Part shown: positions 45,071 through 58,023 of the stretch, piece after piece | Position numbering within the stretch: position 1 is the first letter of the stretch | Layout: each line of letters starts with the position of its first letter | NCBI GenBank assembly: GCA_951406725.2 | Contig: OX597821.1 | Span: forward strand, 8,556,001-8,620,000 | From: Octopus vulgaris | Lineage: Eukaryota | DNA: 64,000 bases | Reading direction: 5' to 3' | Position numbers and translations under genes: made by a program | The notes under the pieces: model-generated | Database searches by the model: none | What the model was told of the DNA's origin: nothing | What the model saw: the letters and a program-made list of their open reading frames with translations, nothing else

Positions 45071-45108
45071 TCTTTCTGTGGAAGAGCGTAGGCTCGAAAC
45101 GTTGAAGA
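45071..45108 (+). ncRNA. Minimal hammerhead-like motif with A6U core
   Basis: TCTTT-CTGTGGA-A-GAGC-GTAG-GCTC-GAAACGTT-GAAGA. Same family as 63834-63869. Confidence 0.55.
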
Positions 45109-45198
45109 CTTTTTCACTTCACGAGCGTTTTACTAATACATATGTTTGTTGTGTACACAACGTGTATTCGTCTTTTGTTTTTTGTGAATTCCCCCCCC

Positions 45199-45283
<85 letters not shown>

Positions 45284-45323
45284 TATCTATCCATCTATCT
45301 GTCTATCTATCTATTTACATATA

Positions 45324-45630
45324 AAAAATTTGGATTCAGATGAATATGGTACTTAAGTTGAGGTATTATCCATGCAATTTCAAAGTAAGGTGATTAAAAT
45401 GAAAATAAGCAACAAAGATATCCAGAAGTAATGCAGTACGATCGTTTCATGCGACTCCATTTAATTGAACAATGCAATCATTTCCTTAGATCAATTTAAA
45501 GTGTAGAGCAATCTTCAGCTGCACAAAGACATAGAATTTAATTAAATGGAGTCGCATGAAACGATCGTGCTGCATTACCTCTGGATATCCTTGTTGCTTA
45601 TTTTGATTTTAATCACCTTATTTTGAAATT
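45324..45630 (-). mobile_element. Fold-back hammerhead cassette with 13-bp TSD
   Basis: Inverted arms 45376-45466 / 45540-45630. TSD ctatttacatata (45311-45323, 45631-45643). HHR on the minus strand. Confidence 0.8.
45432..45523 (-). ncRNA. Type I hammerhead ribozyme
   Basis: TGCAG-CTGAAGA-T-TGC...GCA-T-GAAACGATCGTA-CTGCA: 5-bp stem I, palindromic stem III and GUA site. Confidence 0.7.
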
Positions 45631-45635
45631 CTATT

Positions 45636-45683
<48 letters not shown>

Positions 45684-45931
45684 TAGATATCAAGATGCGT
45701 GTTTCTTTGTTATTATGTTTGCGCATCATCACCAACCGACAACCCGTGTTGGCCTGTTTACATCCCCGTAACCTGATGGTCCGGTAAACGACGTCAACAT
45801 AAGGACCAGTCTTAAAAAATTATTATGGATGCCGATTCATTCGACTAAAACCCATAGGCTTTCCCTGAGCACGGTTGCAACTCAGTAACTGAAATAAGTA
45901 AAAGATTATATACATATGTATATACATACAT

Positions 45932-45972
<41 letters not shown>

Positions 45973-45982
<10 letters not shown>

Positions 45983-46604
45983 TAAGGGTAGAAATTGATA
46001 TTTATCAATTAAAACCAGTGGCCTAGCATATTAAAAAAGAATCCGAAGATTAAAATATTCATATACACCAATTCAGGACTGAACACAAAAAGTGGACAGT
46101 CAACATGCTAGATATAGACGTCAAATCGCCATTCTCCACAAAGATTATGTTCTCAAATAAAACTCAGCACAAAACCAAAGTAATAAACTTTAATTTTATA
46201 TGAAATAAATATGTTCTCTAACCGATAAATCGACTGCTGCTAATTATTAGCTGCAGGCTGGTTTCTTCGGGTCTCAACGCGCCAAAGTAAAGGCATTTGA
46301 AAGATACATTCGAATGTAATCGGTTGAACTCCATGCACGCGACACTCCGGTGTCGTTTTTGCATCTAGTCCAGCAAATTACATTCAATACGTACCGTGCT
46401 GAAGAAGTTACAGTTATCCTTGCGGATAATAATAACCGAAACTGATCAGTACATGGGTAATTATTTTATTTCCTATATTTTCACTTGTTTATTGCTTTGG
46501 TTTTGTGCTGAGTTTGATTTGAGAACATAATCTTTGTGGAGATGGCGATTTGACGTCTATATCTAGCATGTTGACTGTCCACTTTTCGTGTTCAGTTCTT
46601 AATT

Positions 46605-46607
<3 letters not shown>
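45973..46607 (+). mobile_element. Fold-back hammerhead cassette between (TA)n tracts
   Basis: About 120-bp inverted arms 46067-46188 / 46487-46607 flank an HHR. Confidence 0.8.
46394..46456 (+). ncRNA. Type I hammerhead ribozyme
   Basis: CCGTG-CTGAAGA-AGTTA..TTATCC-TTGC-GGATAA..TAACC-GAAACTGATCAGTA-CATGG. Palindromic stem III ACTGATCAGT. Confidence 0.75.
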
Positions 46608-46671
<64 letters not shown>

Positions 46672-46856
46672 TACAAAATTAGAAAATGGAGAAACATACT
46701 TAAATCAATCAAACATCAACCAACAGATGATACCCAATCAATACTTTATTACATCATTACATAACAGTAAAGGCATTATACAAAATATACTGTAAATATA
46801 ATTAGACAAGGAAATAGAAATATAAAATATAAAATATAATATGTAATTATATCATA

Positions 46857-46955
46857 TCTGACAGCTGTTTCGGCAGTAAGGGCAATCATGCCTCATTTAA
46901 CCTATAAGCCATATAATGAGACATTAACAAGGATGCCCCACGGCCTCTTCAGAGA
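46857..46955 (-). ncRNA. Type I hammerhead ribozyme with canonical core
   Basis: TCT-CTGAAGA-GGC...GCC-GAAACAGCTGTC-AGA: palindromic stem III, GUC site and an extended stem II. Confidence 0.8.
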
Positions 46956-47607
46956 ATTTAATAAATTATAATTGTGAAAAAAATTTTTTTCCCATATACA
47001 TATCAATATAAAAATGTAAAATATAAAAACGTGTGCATAGACACCATAATATCACACATATATATATATATTCATTAATACAATAATACAAGATAAGCAA
47101 AAAAAAATAAAACAAAATATATATCAATATATATTAATAAGCTCAGTTATTCTACATATTGAGTTAATAGTTCTAAAGACTACCACACAAGAAGATATAT
47201 GCACACTCACATTTAAATTAAAATCAGACTTATACATGAAAAGTAATAAAAAACCACATTTCAGTTCATAAAATTATAAACCTGTAAAAGTCAATAATAA
47301 TTACTATTAATATTAATAATAATAATAATAATAAATACAGTTATGTCTGCACCAAGTACATCCATCGGATATCTACATATCCAAGTGTCTGGTTATTCTG
47401 TCCGCTTTATATTGATTATTCTAGATTAATTCGATTGGCTTATACTTTAAAATTTGAATCACAAAAGAAATTTTACGGTTAGTTAGTAAAGAAACGCACA
47501 TACGCACACGCACATCCACAGATCAATCGCACATACATACATAATTATATGTATACACACACACATAGACTCATACACATACATATCCACAAATCAAGTC
47601 CAACACA

Positions 47608-47639
<32 letters not shown>

Positions 47640-48491
47640 AAAAGAGGTATAATCTTATCCATGCAGGCATTGAGCTTCTCAAAACTAAAAACATGCCACA
47701 AAATAACAAAATAGATCCACTCATATATTTCCATAAAATATTTGTTTTAAAGATACATATATTTATATATCACGACATCGAATGTTATTTTCGCAGGGTA
47801 TACGCAGTATGTGAACACCGGTTTTTTCCGTAGTCAACATAACGATTACACGGTAATTTGTTATAATCGCATGTACGCTAAGTTATAAATTATAGATCAT
47901 TTTTTTATAGTAAATATATATCTTTTCAACGAAATAAATCCAGTGCATATAATATTAATATTTAACCAACAACGAACCTAACCTACGAGCTAATAGAATT
48001 ACACTCAGATATACATATTCTTGTGTATCATCAGATATAAACAAACGCACCGGGGACTAACTAATACAGTTAAATATAAGTAAATAACAGAAATTAAATT
48101 AATTATAAGTTAATAAATTGTAAATACTTAAGTTAAAAATGTGATAAAATAAAAAAGAAGAAATAATTAAAAATTACATACATAATATAAGTACAAACCA
48201 GTATACATGTATCCATATATTAATTATTAAAAATAAAAAAATTGATATATATGTATATATCTACACTTAAATAATTAAATAAATAAATAAATAAGTAGAT
48301 GACTAAATGAATAGATAGATACACTAGAAAACAAAATCAGATAAATGCATAGGTGCAGGTATGCCTAATATGTAGTAATGCTAATATGCATATATCCATA
48401 TATGCTTAAAAGAGTATATATGTAAATAAATAACATAAATAAAGTGAAGATATATATTAAAGAAAGTACTAATATAAACTTAGTATACAGG

Positions 48492-48534
<43 letters not shown>

Positions 48535-48616
48535 ATAATAAACACCTTCCACGCTGCAATTGTTTTCGTTTCAGCACACGATCTCAGATCAAATTACTTG
48601 CTATGCGAGTACATCT

Positions 48617-48734
<118 letters not shown>

Positions 48735-48738
48735 TGTA

Positions 48739-49142
48739 GTAGTGGCTGTGTGATAAGTAGCTTGCTAACCAGCCACATGGTTCCAGGTTCAGTCCCACTG
48801 CGTGGCATCTTGGGCAAGTGTCTTCTGCTATAGCACCGGGCCGACCAATGCCTTGTTAGTGGATTTGGTAGACGGAAACTGAAAGAGGCCTGTCGTATAT
48901 ATGTATATATATATATGTGTGTGTGTGTGTTTGTGTGTCTGTGTTTGTCCCCCTAGCATTGCTTGACAACCGATGCTGGTGTGTTTACGTCCCCGTCACT
49001 TAGCGGTATGTAGAGACCGATAGAATAAGTACTGGGCTTACAAAGAATAAGTCCCGGGGTCGATTTGCTCGACTAAAGGTGGTGCTCCAGCATGGCCGCA
49101 GTCGAATGACTGAAACAATTAAAAGAGTAAAAGAGAAAAAGA

Positions 49143-49143
<1 letters not shown>
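48739..49143 (+). mobile_element. SINE family A, young copy
   Basis: Near-identical to 13000-13409. Confidence 0.9.
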
Positions 49144-49181
<38 letters not shown>

Positions 49182-49183
49182 TG

Positions 49184-49223
<40 letters not shown>

Positions 49224-49517
49224 CATCTGTTTCTTGTCTACATCACCTGTCTTCGTCTTTTGTTTTTTGGTGAATTCTCCCTCCCCCTATATATATTAAT
49301 GACTTGTAGGTACGTGGGATTTTGTTATACAGCCATAATATACTATAAAGTATGTTATATGTTTTTATAAGTCAACACCACGTACCTACAACTCATTAAT
49401 CTTTACATACCAGTTCCAGGAATGCGTTTAATATGTAAATCGTTATATCCAATAACGTAACACCGCTGTATGCGGTCGCTATATAAGCAATATGTTTGGA
49501 ATGAGAGTGGGTTAGCT

Positions 49518-49572
49518 GGGTGTTGATGACGGGGTGAACACCCCTCACCCCGGAAATATGGCATATACACTC
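49518..49572 (+). ncRNA. Hammerhead-like motif (C3U) in short cassette 49295-49695
   Basis: GGGTG-TTGATGA-CGGGGTGA-loop-TCACCCCG-GAAATATGGCATATA-CACTC. All three stems are present. Confidence 0.65.
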
Positions 49573-49688
49573 ATTAACCAATTTTGTCTTCTTCGAGCTC
49601 ATTGTTTGTTTACATCTGACGTCTCGATACAAAACGTTGTAGGGAAAAAATCAGTGCTGGCTATAACTTGTGTAGAAATAACTTTAAC

Positions 49689-49743
<55 letters not shown>

Positions 49744-50132
49744 CTCTTTCTTTCACTCTTTCACTTGTTTCAGTCATTTGACTGCGGCCATGCTGGAGCA
49801 CCGCCTTTAATCGAGCAACTCGACCCCGGGACTTATTCTTTTGTAAGCCCAGTACTTATTCTATCGGTCTCTTTTGCCGAACCGCTAAGTAACGGGGAAA
49901 TAAACACTAGGGGACAAACAGAGACACACAAACACACACACGCATATATATATATATATACATATATACGACGGGCTTCTTTCAGTTTCCGTCTACCAAA
50001 TCCACTCACAAGGTTTTGGTCAGTCCGAGGCTATAGTAGAAGACACTTGCCCAAGGTGCCACGCAGTGGGACTGAACCCGGAACCATGTGGTTGGTAGAC
50101 AAGCTACTTACCACACAGCCAATCCTGCGCCT
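49744..50132 (-). mobile_element. SINE family A, young copy
   Basis: Near-identical to the reverse complement of 13000-13409. Confidence 0.9.
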
Positions 50133-50169
50133 ATATATATATATATATATGTATGTATTCGTAATTTGA

Positions 50170-52600
50170 AGGGTCCAATGGGCATTATTATGAAACCGAG
50201 ACATGAAACCGCTGCACATATAACCCATTCTGAATCAGATGCCAATAAGCACAGACGACAGCAATTGCACAAACTATACTCGATAATATGACTTCTCATA
50301 TATAGATTCATTCAAATCGCTTATGCTACCAGAAATATTCTGAATCAGATCCTAAACTGCAGCCTGTGATTTGTGGAGTTATGTGAATAATAATTAATGA
50401 AACCACGAAACTTTAAGTTTCATTTTGCTACATACCACGGAAATGTTTGTGAAGCTAAAAGAGTTCTTTGAAATTAAGATATTGATTTAAAAGGTCATCC
50501 GAGACATATTTTTGACATCTACACACTGTTATTTCAGGTTATGGACATTCTATAAAATAGGTTGCTCAGGCTAAAATAACGCTCATACTGTAGTGTTAAA
50601 CCTCCGCATGGTGGCCATCTTAATGAAATTTAAACTAAAACGGGCTTTGAAAAATGTTTAGGATGCCTAAGTTAGTTGTAAGTTATGTTGCAACGGTTCA
50701 CTTTACATACCAATATCAGATATCGATATTGCAACAATTTCCTCCAGAATGTCAAATCCACTTTTGTTATGCATATCACATCGGGTAAAAGTGAATTATG
50801 TCCCCAGACTTTGTTTTCCTGAAAACCCATTAGCATTATTTGAAAATTCAAGGTAAATATAAATAAACATCATGAGAATTTTATGTTGTTCTGGAGCATT
50901 TTTTGTTGGAAGAGTTTATTTTGTACGATGTCACATACGTCACACTTTATGGATCATTTTCAAAATATTCAACATATACTGCAGGTAAAAATTTTGAATA
51001 TATAGCTCTGGCGTGGGTAGTTAAACTTTACTGTAAAAAATCAACTAATGCAAAGCTTGTAAATGTTCAAGATTAACAGCTTAGATATTTCACAATTTGC
51101 GTTTCTAACTATCATACATCAGGCGAGAATGACTCATGAAAATATTGGGTGAGAGGCAGTAAAAAAATTAGCTCAAGTACCATTTTAAATTGCACCAGAG
51201 CTCGACGAATCAAAATCTGACAAGCACTATGGAAGACCAACATACAAAACATGCTAAATTCGCGAAGTATTTTCTTTTGCTGTTTGATCAAAGAACAACC
51301 GTTAATAATATGGTTATCGTAATGAATGTGAAAATTCGAACCTTGGGTGATTTCAAAAAACAATTTTCCCCAACTTTATAACCAACAAAAACCTGTTCTG
51401 AGCCGTTCAAGTGTGTGCATGACTACATCGTTTAGAAATGCGTGCAGGATCTAAATTTTGTGTATGTTCTAATTGCATTAATGTAATGATAGGGCGGCAA
51501 ATTATTTGTGGCTATTCAAATCAAGGCGCTTATCCTACAGAGTGCTCAAAAAGTCTCTCCACAGTGAATTATTTTTTCCAAGACGTATTTCAAAACATGT
51601 GTAGAAGAGTCAACTTTTGTATTGAAAATGAAGGACGACATTTTCAACACCTCTTATAAAGTTTTTTAAAGTTTTATATATTCTTTTGTAGTCTTATTAC
51701 CATCTTATCGATATTTATTTTGCAATAAAATACTTACTACGGAGAGACGTTTTGAGCACGTTGTAGAATGTAAATTGATAATTTCTATGGTCGAAAATGC
51801 TTTGGAAAAAGAAAGGAAAAAGTGAGTAATAAGCGAGGTTGTAAAATTTGTGACCATGTAAAAGATAACGAGTTAAATTCAAGACTATTTACACCTTCAC
51901 TGTTATATGATGATGTGGATACAGAATATAAACAACTATTAAATGCCGACCTAACTTTGTTATGAAATGTAAAAATCCTACCAAGAGTATTTGAGCAACC
52001 AAATGAGTGAGTAAACTGTCTAGACATCTGGATCAGTAACCATTATTTCCAGATGTAAATTGGCTACCTATCTATCATTTTTCTTTTCGGCTATCTGAGG
52101 TATCATTAATGATCTCAACATTTCAATACAGAGAGAGATAACTTCGTGTTTAACAGTGACAGACAGGTTTGAACTAAAAACATCATGGAAAATTTGTGTG
52201 TCAAGAGATTGTTATAGTTTCATCTGCTATCCGTAGTTACCACTGATGTCAGGGAAGTCATTAAAGTTATATCCTTTCGAAACATTACTTCTTAACAGAT
52301 TACCCTTGGAAAACAAATGGCTGGATCCGAAATTCGTTCATGTTATTGACATAAGAATCAATATGGCACATAAAATTGTTGTAGCTGCCAACTGACAAAT
52401 GAATAAAAATGTACTTCGACACCCGCACTTAACTTTGGTTCTTTTTGAATAAAAGTTAAAACATAATAACTTAAGCTTACTGAGATTCCTCTGAGAGCAT
52501 TTCGATTATTTCTTTCAATTTTCAAGATAAGTCTGTGAAACTGTTTTCTCATCCATGAGTGTTATTAAAACAAAACACAGAAACAGCATGAACATTAATT
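50170..52600 (+). pseudogene. Fossil hAT (Charlie/Buster; ZBED5/SCAND3-like) transposase
   Basis: Colinear remnants: YTR*YDFSYI, BED-finger-like VICG..MKPRNFKFHFATYH, MEDQHTKHAKFAKYFLLLFDQ, HVKDNELNSRLF..EYKQLL and WIRNSF. Confidence 0.7.
51536..51765 (+). mobile_element. Internally deleted Tc1/mariner derivative nested in the hAT fossil
   Basis: TIRs (ta)cagagtgctcaaaaagtctctcc / ggagagacgttttgagcacgttg(ta). Internal VFQNMCRRVNFCIENEGRHFQHLL* is a transposase C-terminus. Confidence 0.8.
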
Positions 52601-52762
52601 ACCTTTTGCATATGGTACTGTTTGAACCATGATTAGATTAGCTGACAAAAAAAGAAAAAGAAGCGGCTTCAAATTTTATGTCAGCAAGTAAAGGTTAATT
52701 TGGCGATATTTTGTTAGAAGTCTTTGTTAGATATATTTTTTATTAAGCTGTTAAATATTAAA

Positions 52763-53250
52763 TTTTGTTGTATCTCGTGAGGGTCATTACGTCAATGATA
52801 AACACATGCACTGTTTCTATTTAACTTCTTTCATTATTAGTAATCAATTCGTTAATATTTAACCGATTAGACAAACGATTGTTTGGCTAATGGACGGGTG
52901 GGCGAGCAGAATCGTTTGCGACTCAGATTGTTTGGTTAATAGTTTGAGCAATGAATCAAATAGGTCTGTCAAAGTACTTTCGTCACTATTCGTGACGTCA
53001 TCAATGACATAGCTCAGGCTTGAGTTACGCAGACACATTTGAAGCAGATATGGAGTAGAGAGAACATATCATTGATGAAGTCGAGAATGACGATGAAAGG
53101 ACAGATGACTGATTGACCCGAAAGGTCACTCAAACAATCAATCATTTAATTGGTTAAATGATTAACTAGATGACTAATAATATTAAAAGAAGTGAAATAG
53201 TAAAAGTGCATGTTTATTGTTGGTACAATGACTCGACCTAGACAACAAAA
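52763..53250. mobile_element. Old MITE / fold-back with about 125-bp imperfect inverted arms
   Basis: 52763-52890 is reverse-complementary to 53128-53250 (taaacacatgcac / gtgcatgtttat; tttaaccgatta / taattggttaaa). Confidence 0.65.
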
Positions 53251-53769
53251 GATGATTCAACACTCAATTTCACGTCAAGAATCTTGTAAACGAAATACAA
53301 AAGTGAAGTTGAATATTAAAAAAGGTAATCTATTCTTTTACTTGTTTCATTCTTCATTCACTAGACTGCATGGGACACTGTTCTGAAGGGTGGCATCAAA
53401 CAAATCAACCCCATTACTTATTTTAAAACCTGATACTTATTCTTTTTGCTGAACAGCTAAATAAATAAGCAAACAAACAAACAAACAAACAAACGCACAC
53501 ACACAAACACACACATCGCGTTATTATGTGGCTATCAGATCTTGTGACACATCGCTTGTCACAATGCGCTTTTGCATTGTTTTAGCCTTCAAATGACGCC
53601 ATGCTGCTGGCTAGGCGAACAGGCCAACAACCCACCACCCCTGATCTAAAGCGGACTGGAGCAATGCGAAATAGAGTTTTGCTCAAGAACACAACGCGCC
53701 GCCCAATCAGAGAAGTGAACCTACGATCTAGAGATCGAGAATGCAGCATCCTAACCACTAGGCCACACG

Positions 53770-53879
<110 letters not shown>

Positions 53880-53903
53880 CACACCCACACGCATATATAT
53901 GTA

Positions 53904-53953
<50 letters not shown>

Positions 53954-53959
53954 TACATA

Positions 53960-54960
53960 TAGCTAAATAAAGAAATGGAGTTAAACGAAGGTGTTATTCA
54001 AATCTTTATACTTCCGACATATGTTTCGAAGAAAACATTGGTATTATTTCAAAGGGAATAAGATGATGTAAAACAATGCGATGTTCTTATCAGGGGAAAA
54101 AAGAGAAACAAAACACATTAATAAGCCATTTTAATCGAATTTGATGACTGCGTATATGATGAAGTGAACGCTTGAAAGTTATTTATATAAAAAACGTTAA
54201 TAGATTTAGCGTCAAATGCAATTTCGAGAAAGAGAAGGATGAAAAAGAAAGAAAATAGCAGAAAACCGAGAGTGGAGAAATATAGTGCGATAGATTAATG
54301 GGAATAAAGCTTAAAGACGTGGAAAGAGATATCTTTAGTGGAAATGAAATGTAAGAAGACAGTTAAAGGTAGAATTTTATAGATTGGTAGAAATTACTGA
54401 TATGAACTAAAGGTATGTTTTTACCAATGTGTGCAACGATAAACTCGTTCTTTAAACGTGTTTACAAGAGAATTCTCTGCGATACAGAGCGGACAAGAAG
54501 ATTTACCTTTATCATATTGATAGAATATTCCATTACAAATCAAATTGATTTTTATGTTCCTTCAGAGACCAAATTAATTTACTAAACCCTGTATTGTTGC
54601 GTTTATTGATATGTCAAAATGAAGAGTAAAGGTTATATATTCTTTTGGACAACTGAGATAAAGAACTACCTATCTAAAAAAGACATCAGAATCAGGAGTA
54701 ATTTTACATTGATATACAGAGTTTCTAGTGTTACAATTACTGCTAAGGAAACGAATATGATTGGAATTTATATCAGAAATACTAATATTGTTATTATTGT
54801 TCAAAGAATGGTTGGTGTTGATAATATCATCAATGTTATTATTTTCATTAAGTGGATTTGTATTTAACAACGTAGTGTTATGCGAAGAGAGAATAAAGAT
54901 TTGAATATTACCTGCGTTTAACTTCATTTCTTTATTTATCTGTCATACAAAAGCATTTCA
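53960..54960 (-). mobile_element. Penelope-like 3' remnant: GIY-YIG endonuclease followed by hammerhead
   Basis: Minus frames give NCNTRNSVYQCKI...GSSLSQLSKRIYN...SKLIWSLKE...WNIL..YDKGKSSCPLCIAE. HHR remnant at 54012-54096. Confidence 0.8.
54012..54096 (-). ncRNA. Degenerate hammerhead (G8A)
   Basis: CC-CTGATAA-GAA...TTC-GAAACATATGTC-GG, with palindromic stem III. Confidence 0.6.
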
Positions 54961-57113
54961 CTAAACCTTGGAATTTGTACTTTTATAAGTAGATTGTAAC
55001 ATCCTTGGTACTTATGTGAATTCTTTACTACCCTGGTAACTATTTATTTATTTTTTCCGTGTTATTTGTACACATTAAAAAAACAAAAAACCACACACAC
55101 ACACACACACATATGTATGTATACGACGGGCATCTTTCCCTTTCTGTCTACTCAATCCATATACAAAACTGTTTGGTCTTGATCTATAATAGAAGACATG
55201 TATCCAAGGTGTCAACTGCGGGACTGAACACAGAACCATGTAATTGGGAAGCAAATTTCTTGCCACGCGACCATGCCTGTATTTATATTGTAAAGTTGTG
55301 TAAATTATTTACAAAATGAATATAATTTGACAAAAATGTTTGGACTATTATCATAATCCTCACAGTATGTAAAATAACTCACAATAGTTGGAATAACAGA
55401 CTGGGTCACAAAATGAAAATCCGAATATGGTACAGTTACCTTAAAATTAACTGCTTTGCCGCTGTACTACATCGGTTGATTTGTGAAGCTTTTTGATAGT
55501 TATTCACAGATTAGCTGATTTCAGTTTTCCTTCTCCGAAATCTCGATAGAAATTGTGGGACATCGTCGTGGCCTACAATAAGAGCTCTCTTGCAATATAA
55601 CCATATCTTATTCCTGAGTAAAAGACAGAATGAAGAATTGAGTGAATAGATTCTTCTTTCTACTGAACTATCGACACCGAAAGGTTGGCTGTTACAATTG
55701 ATCTTCACAGAATTTGAGCTCAACTCAGAAGTTCAAACCAAACACAGCTAAGTGATCTATTCGACCCTCTAACAGCTTTTCCAATACACAAACTTAGACT
55801 AGTCGGAGAGAAACGGAAAGCAAAGTTCTTGAAGCTGGTTTTATTATTAGCATGCGAGCTGGCACAATGGCAAGAGAGGTGGCCAAAACCCCATGCAATA
55901 TTTCTCTTTACATTCTGCGTTCAAATGTCTTTCATCCTCCTGGTATTCAGAGATTATAGAAACTTACATAATACCGTATTTTATTGACTCCAGAAGGTTG
56001 ATGGTACCGATTTACCGCTTTCTCTCAAAATAGCTGAGTCTCTTGTGTAAAGGTGAAACAATTATTGGTTTGATAGTGGGAAAAGTGTATGGATGTGCTA
56101 GGGGGCACAAACGTTTAGTCGAAGTTCAGTTCCGACGTTAGGTGGTTGGCGTTGCGGTTGGATGAATTGCCTTTTTTATAACTTCAAGGCATATCACCCA
56201 CGACCACATTTTCTTTTTTAAAATATGTATACTTATATTATCTACTGTGTCCTGTTTCTTTCTCAAGAGGGTGTGATTTGAGGCAGATTTGGCTGCTGAT
56301 TCTCGCAAATCGGAGGATAACATTGAGATACCCTCTTTGGCTAATAATATGAACGGGTGGCAGTTAAGGATAGAACCTTTGGGTAATATCAAGTGTAGAA
56401 TTTACGTGGTGATATACGTTAAGAATAACGAAGAACCTCAGATGACAGGTGGACAATGTCAAGCGCGATATCAGACTACCAACTTCAGAGGAGAAACGTT
56501 TGTAGTTGAAATAGATTAAAAACAGCAAGAATAGTACATCTCTTTGCATCAGTGGGGTGTTGATCTTATATTTATGGGTCAAACAAATGAGCTTTGCATA
56601 AACGTATACACACAGACCAATCATAAATACCAAATTTAGATTATATTCACACACATACACACATGCACAAACATACGTACATAAATGCATACGTATATAT
56701 GTGTATGCATGTTATTGTGACTTTTGTCTTTTTTATACATTGCAGTACACAAGCATAAAAACGCTCAAAATATTTTTATGTGAAGTGTATAGAGACTGAT
56801 ATACTAAAGTGTAAAATTATTATGGAAAACAAGAGGCAATGGTAGCATGGCCGGTATCTAATAGACTAGTTTTTAAAACACATAAAAATGAAATTCGGTA
56901 AATTTTACCTACGTTACATTGAAAACAAGGCAGTTTCACATATTGGTATCAAATAGATGAACGGTACAGGTGATATCAATACAAATAGAACTCGGAGTGC
57001 AGCGTGTTGGGGCAATTACTGAATACCACACACACATATATATGTATGTTTTCATATATATACATATATATATATACATATACATATATATATGTATGTG
57101 TGTATATATATGT

Positions 57114-57159
<46 letters not shown>

Positions 57160-57258
57160 AATATTTATTTATCTAAACACATATACACACATACATACAT
57201 AATACATATACATAGATATATATGTATATATATATTTACAAACACACACACACACAGA

Positions 57259-57308
<50 letters not shown>

Positions 57309-58023
57309 ATCAGTATTACATACTTAGCGTGTGTGTATTGTTAAACGCTTTCAGGCTGCAGTATTTCTTTCAAGGAAGGTCTCTTTTAAAACGGTGTGTT
57401 AAAAAGCAGAGCATAATTCAAATCCAGGCGAACCGCGCCGCTCTGAAGGTGAACGAGAACGACAGTTATTGACATTTCGCAGTTATTTCTGGTTATCTGT
57501 GCTTTATGCACGATTCACCATCGAAACACATTTAAGTCGATGACTCGAATTGCGTAGAGGGAACGTAAACTCTATTTGCTCACGTGGAACAGCACCGCAC
57601 AAATAAAACAGAGTTTAAATGTTACATACTTAATTACTGTTGTTTGTTAAATGCTTATAGGCTGCGATGCATTATCCAGAGAAAGTCCCTTTAAAGATGT
57701 ATCTGTTAAAAAAAAACATACCTTACTTCAGAAGCGTTTAACAAAATCATGCATTATATAACATTGATAAAGTTTATATTACAAACCTGCTGATTTATAT
57801 ATATATAATACAAATATATATATACTCCTTTGTCTCTCTCTCTGTTCCCAATGCATTTTGAAACGGCTCAACCAAATCAAATCAAATTTCACATGGTAAT
57901 ACTATCAGACACCGTGAGTGTTAGCGTGTAATTTCTTTTGTCATTTGGATTAAAACAATGCAACATTGGCACTGTTTCGGTATTACGTGTAAAAAGTCAA
58001 AGAATAAAAGTAAAAGAATATGA

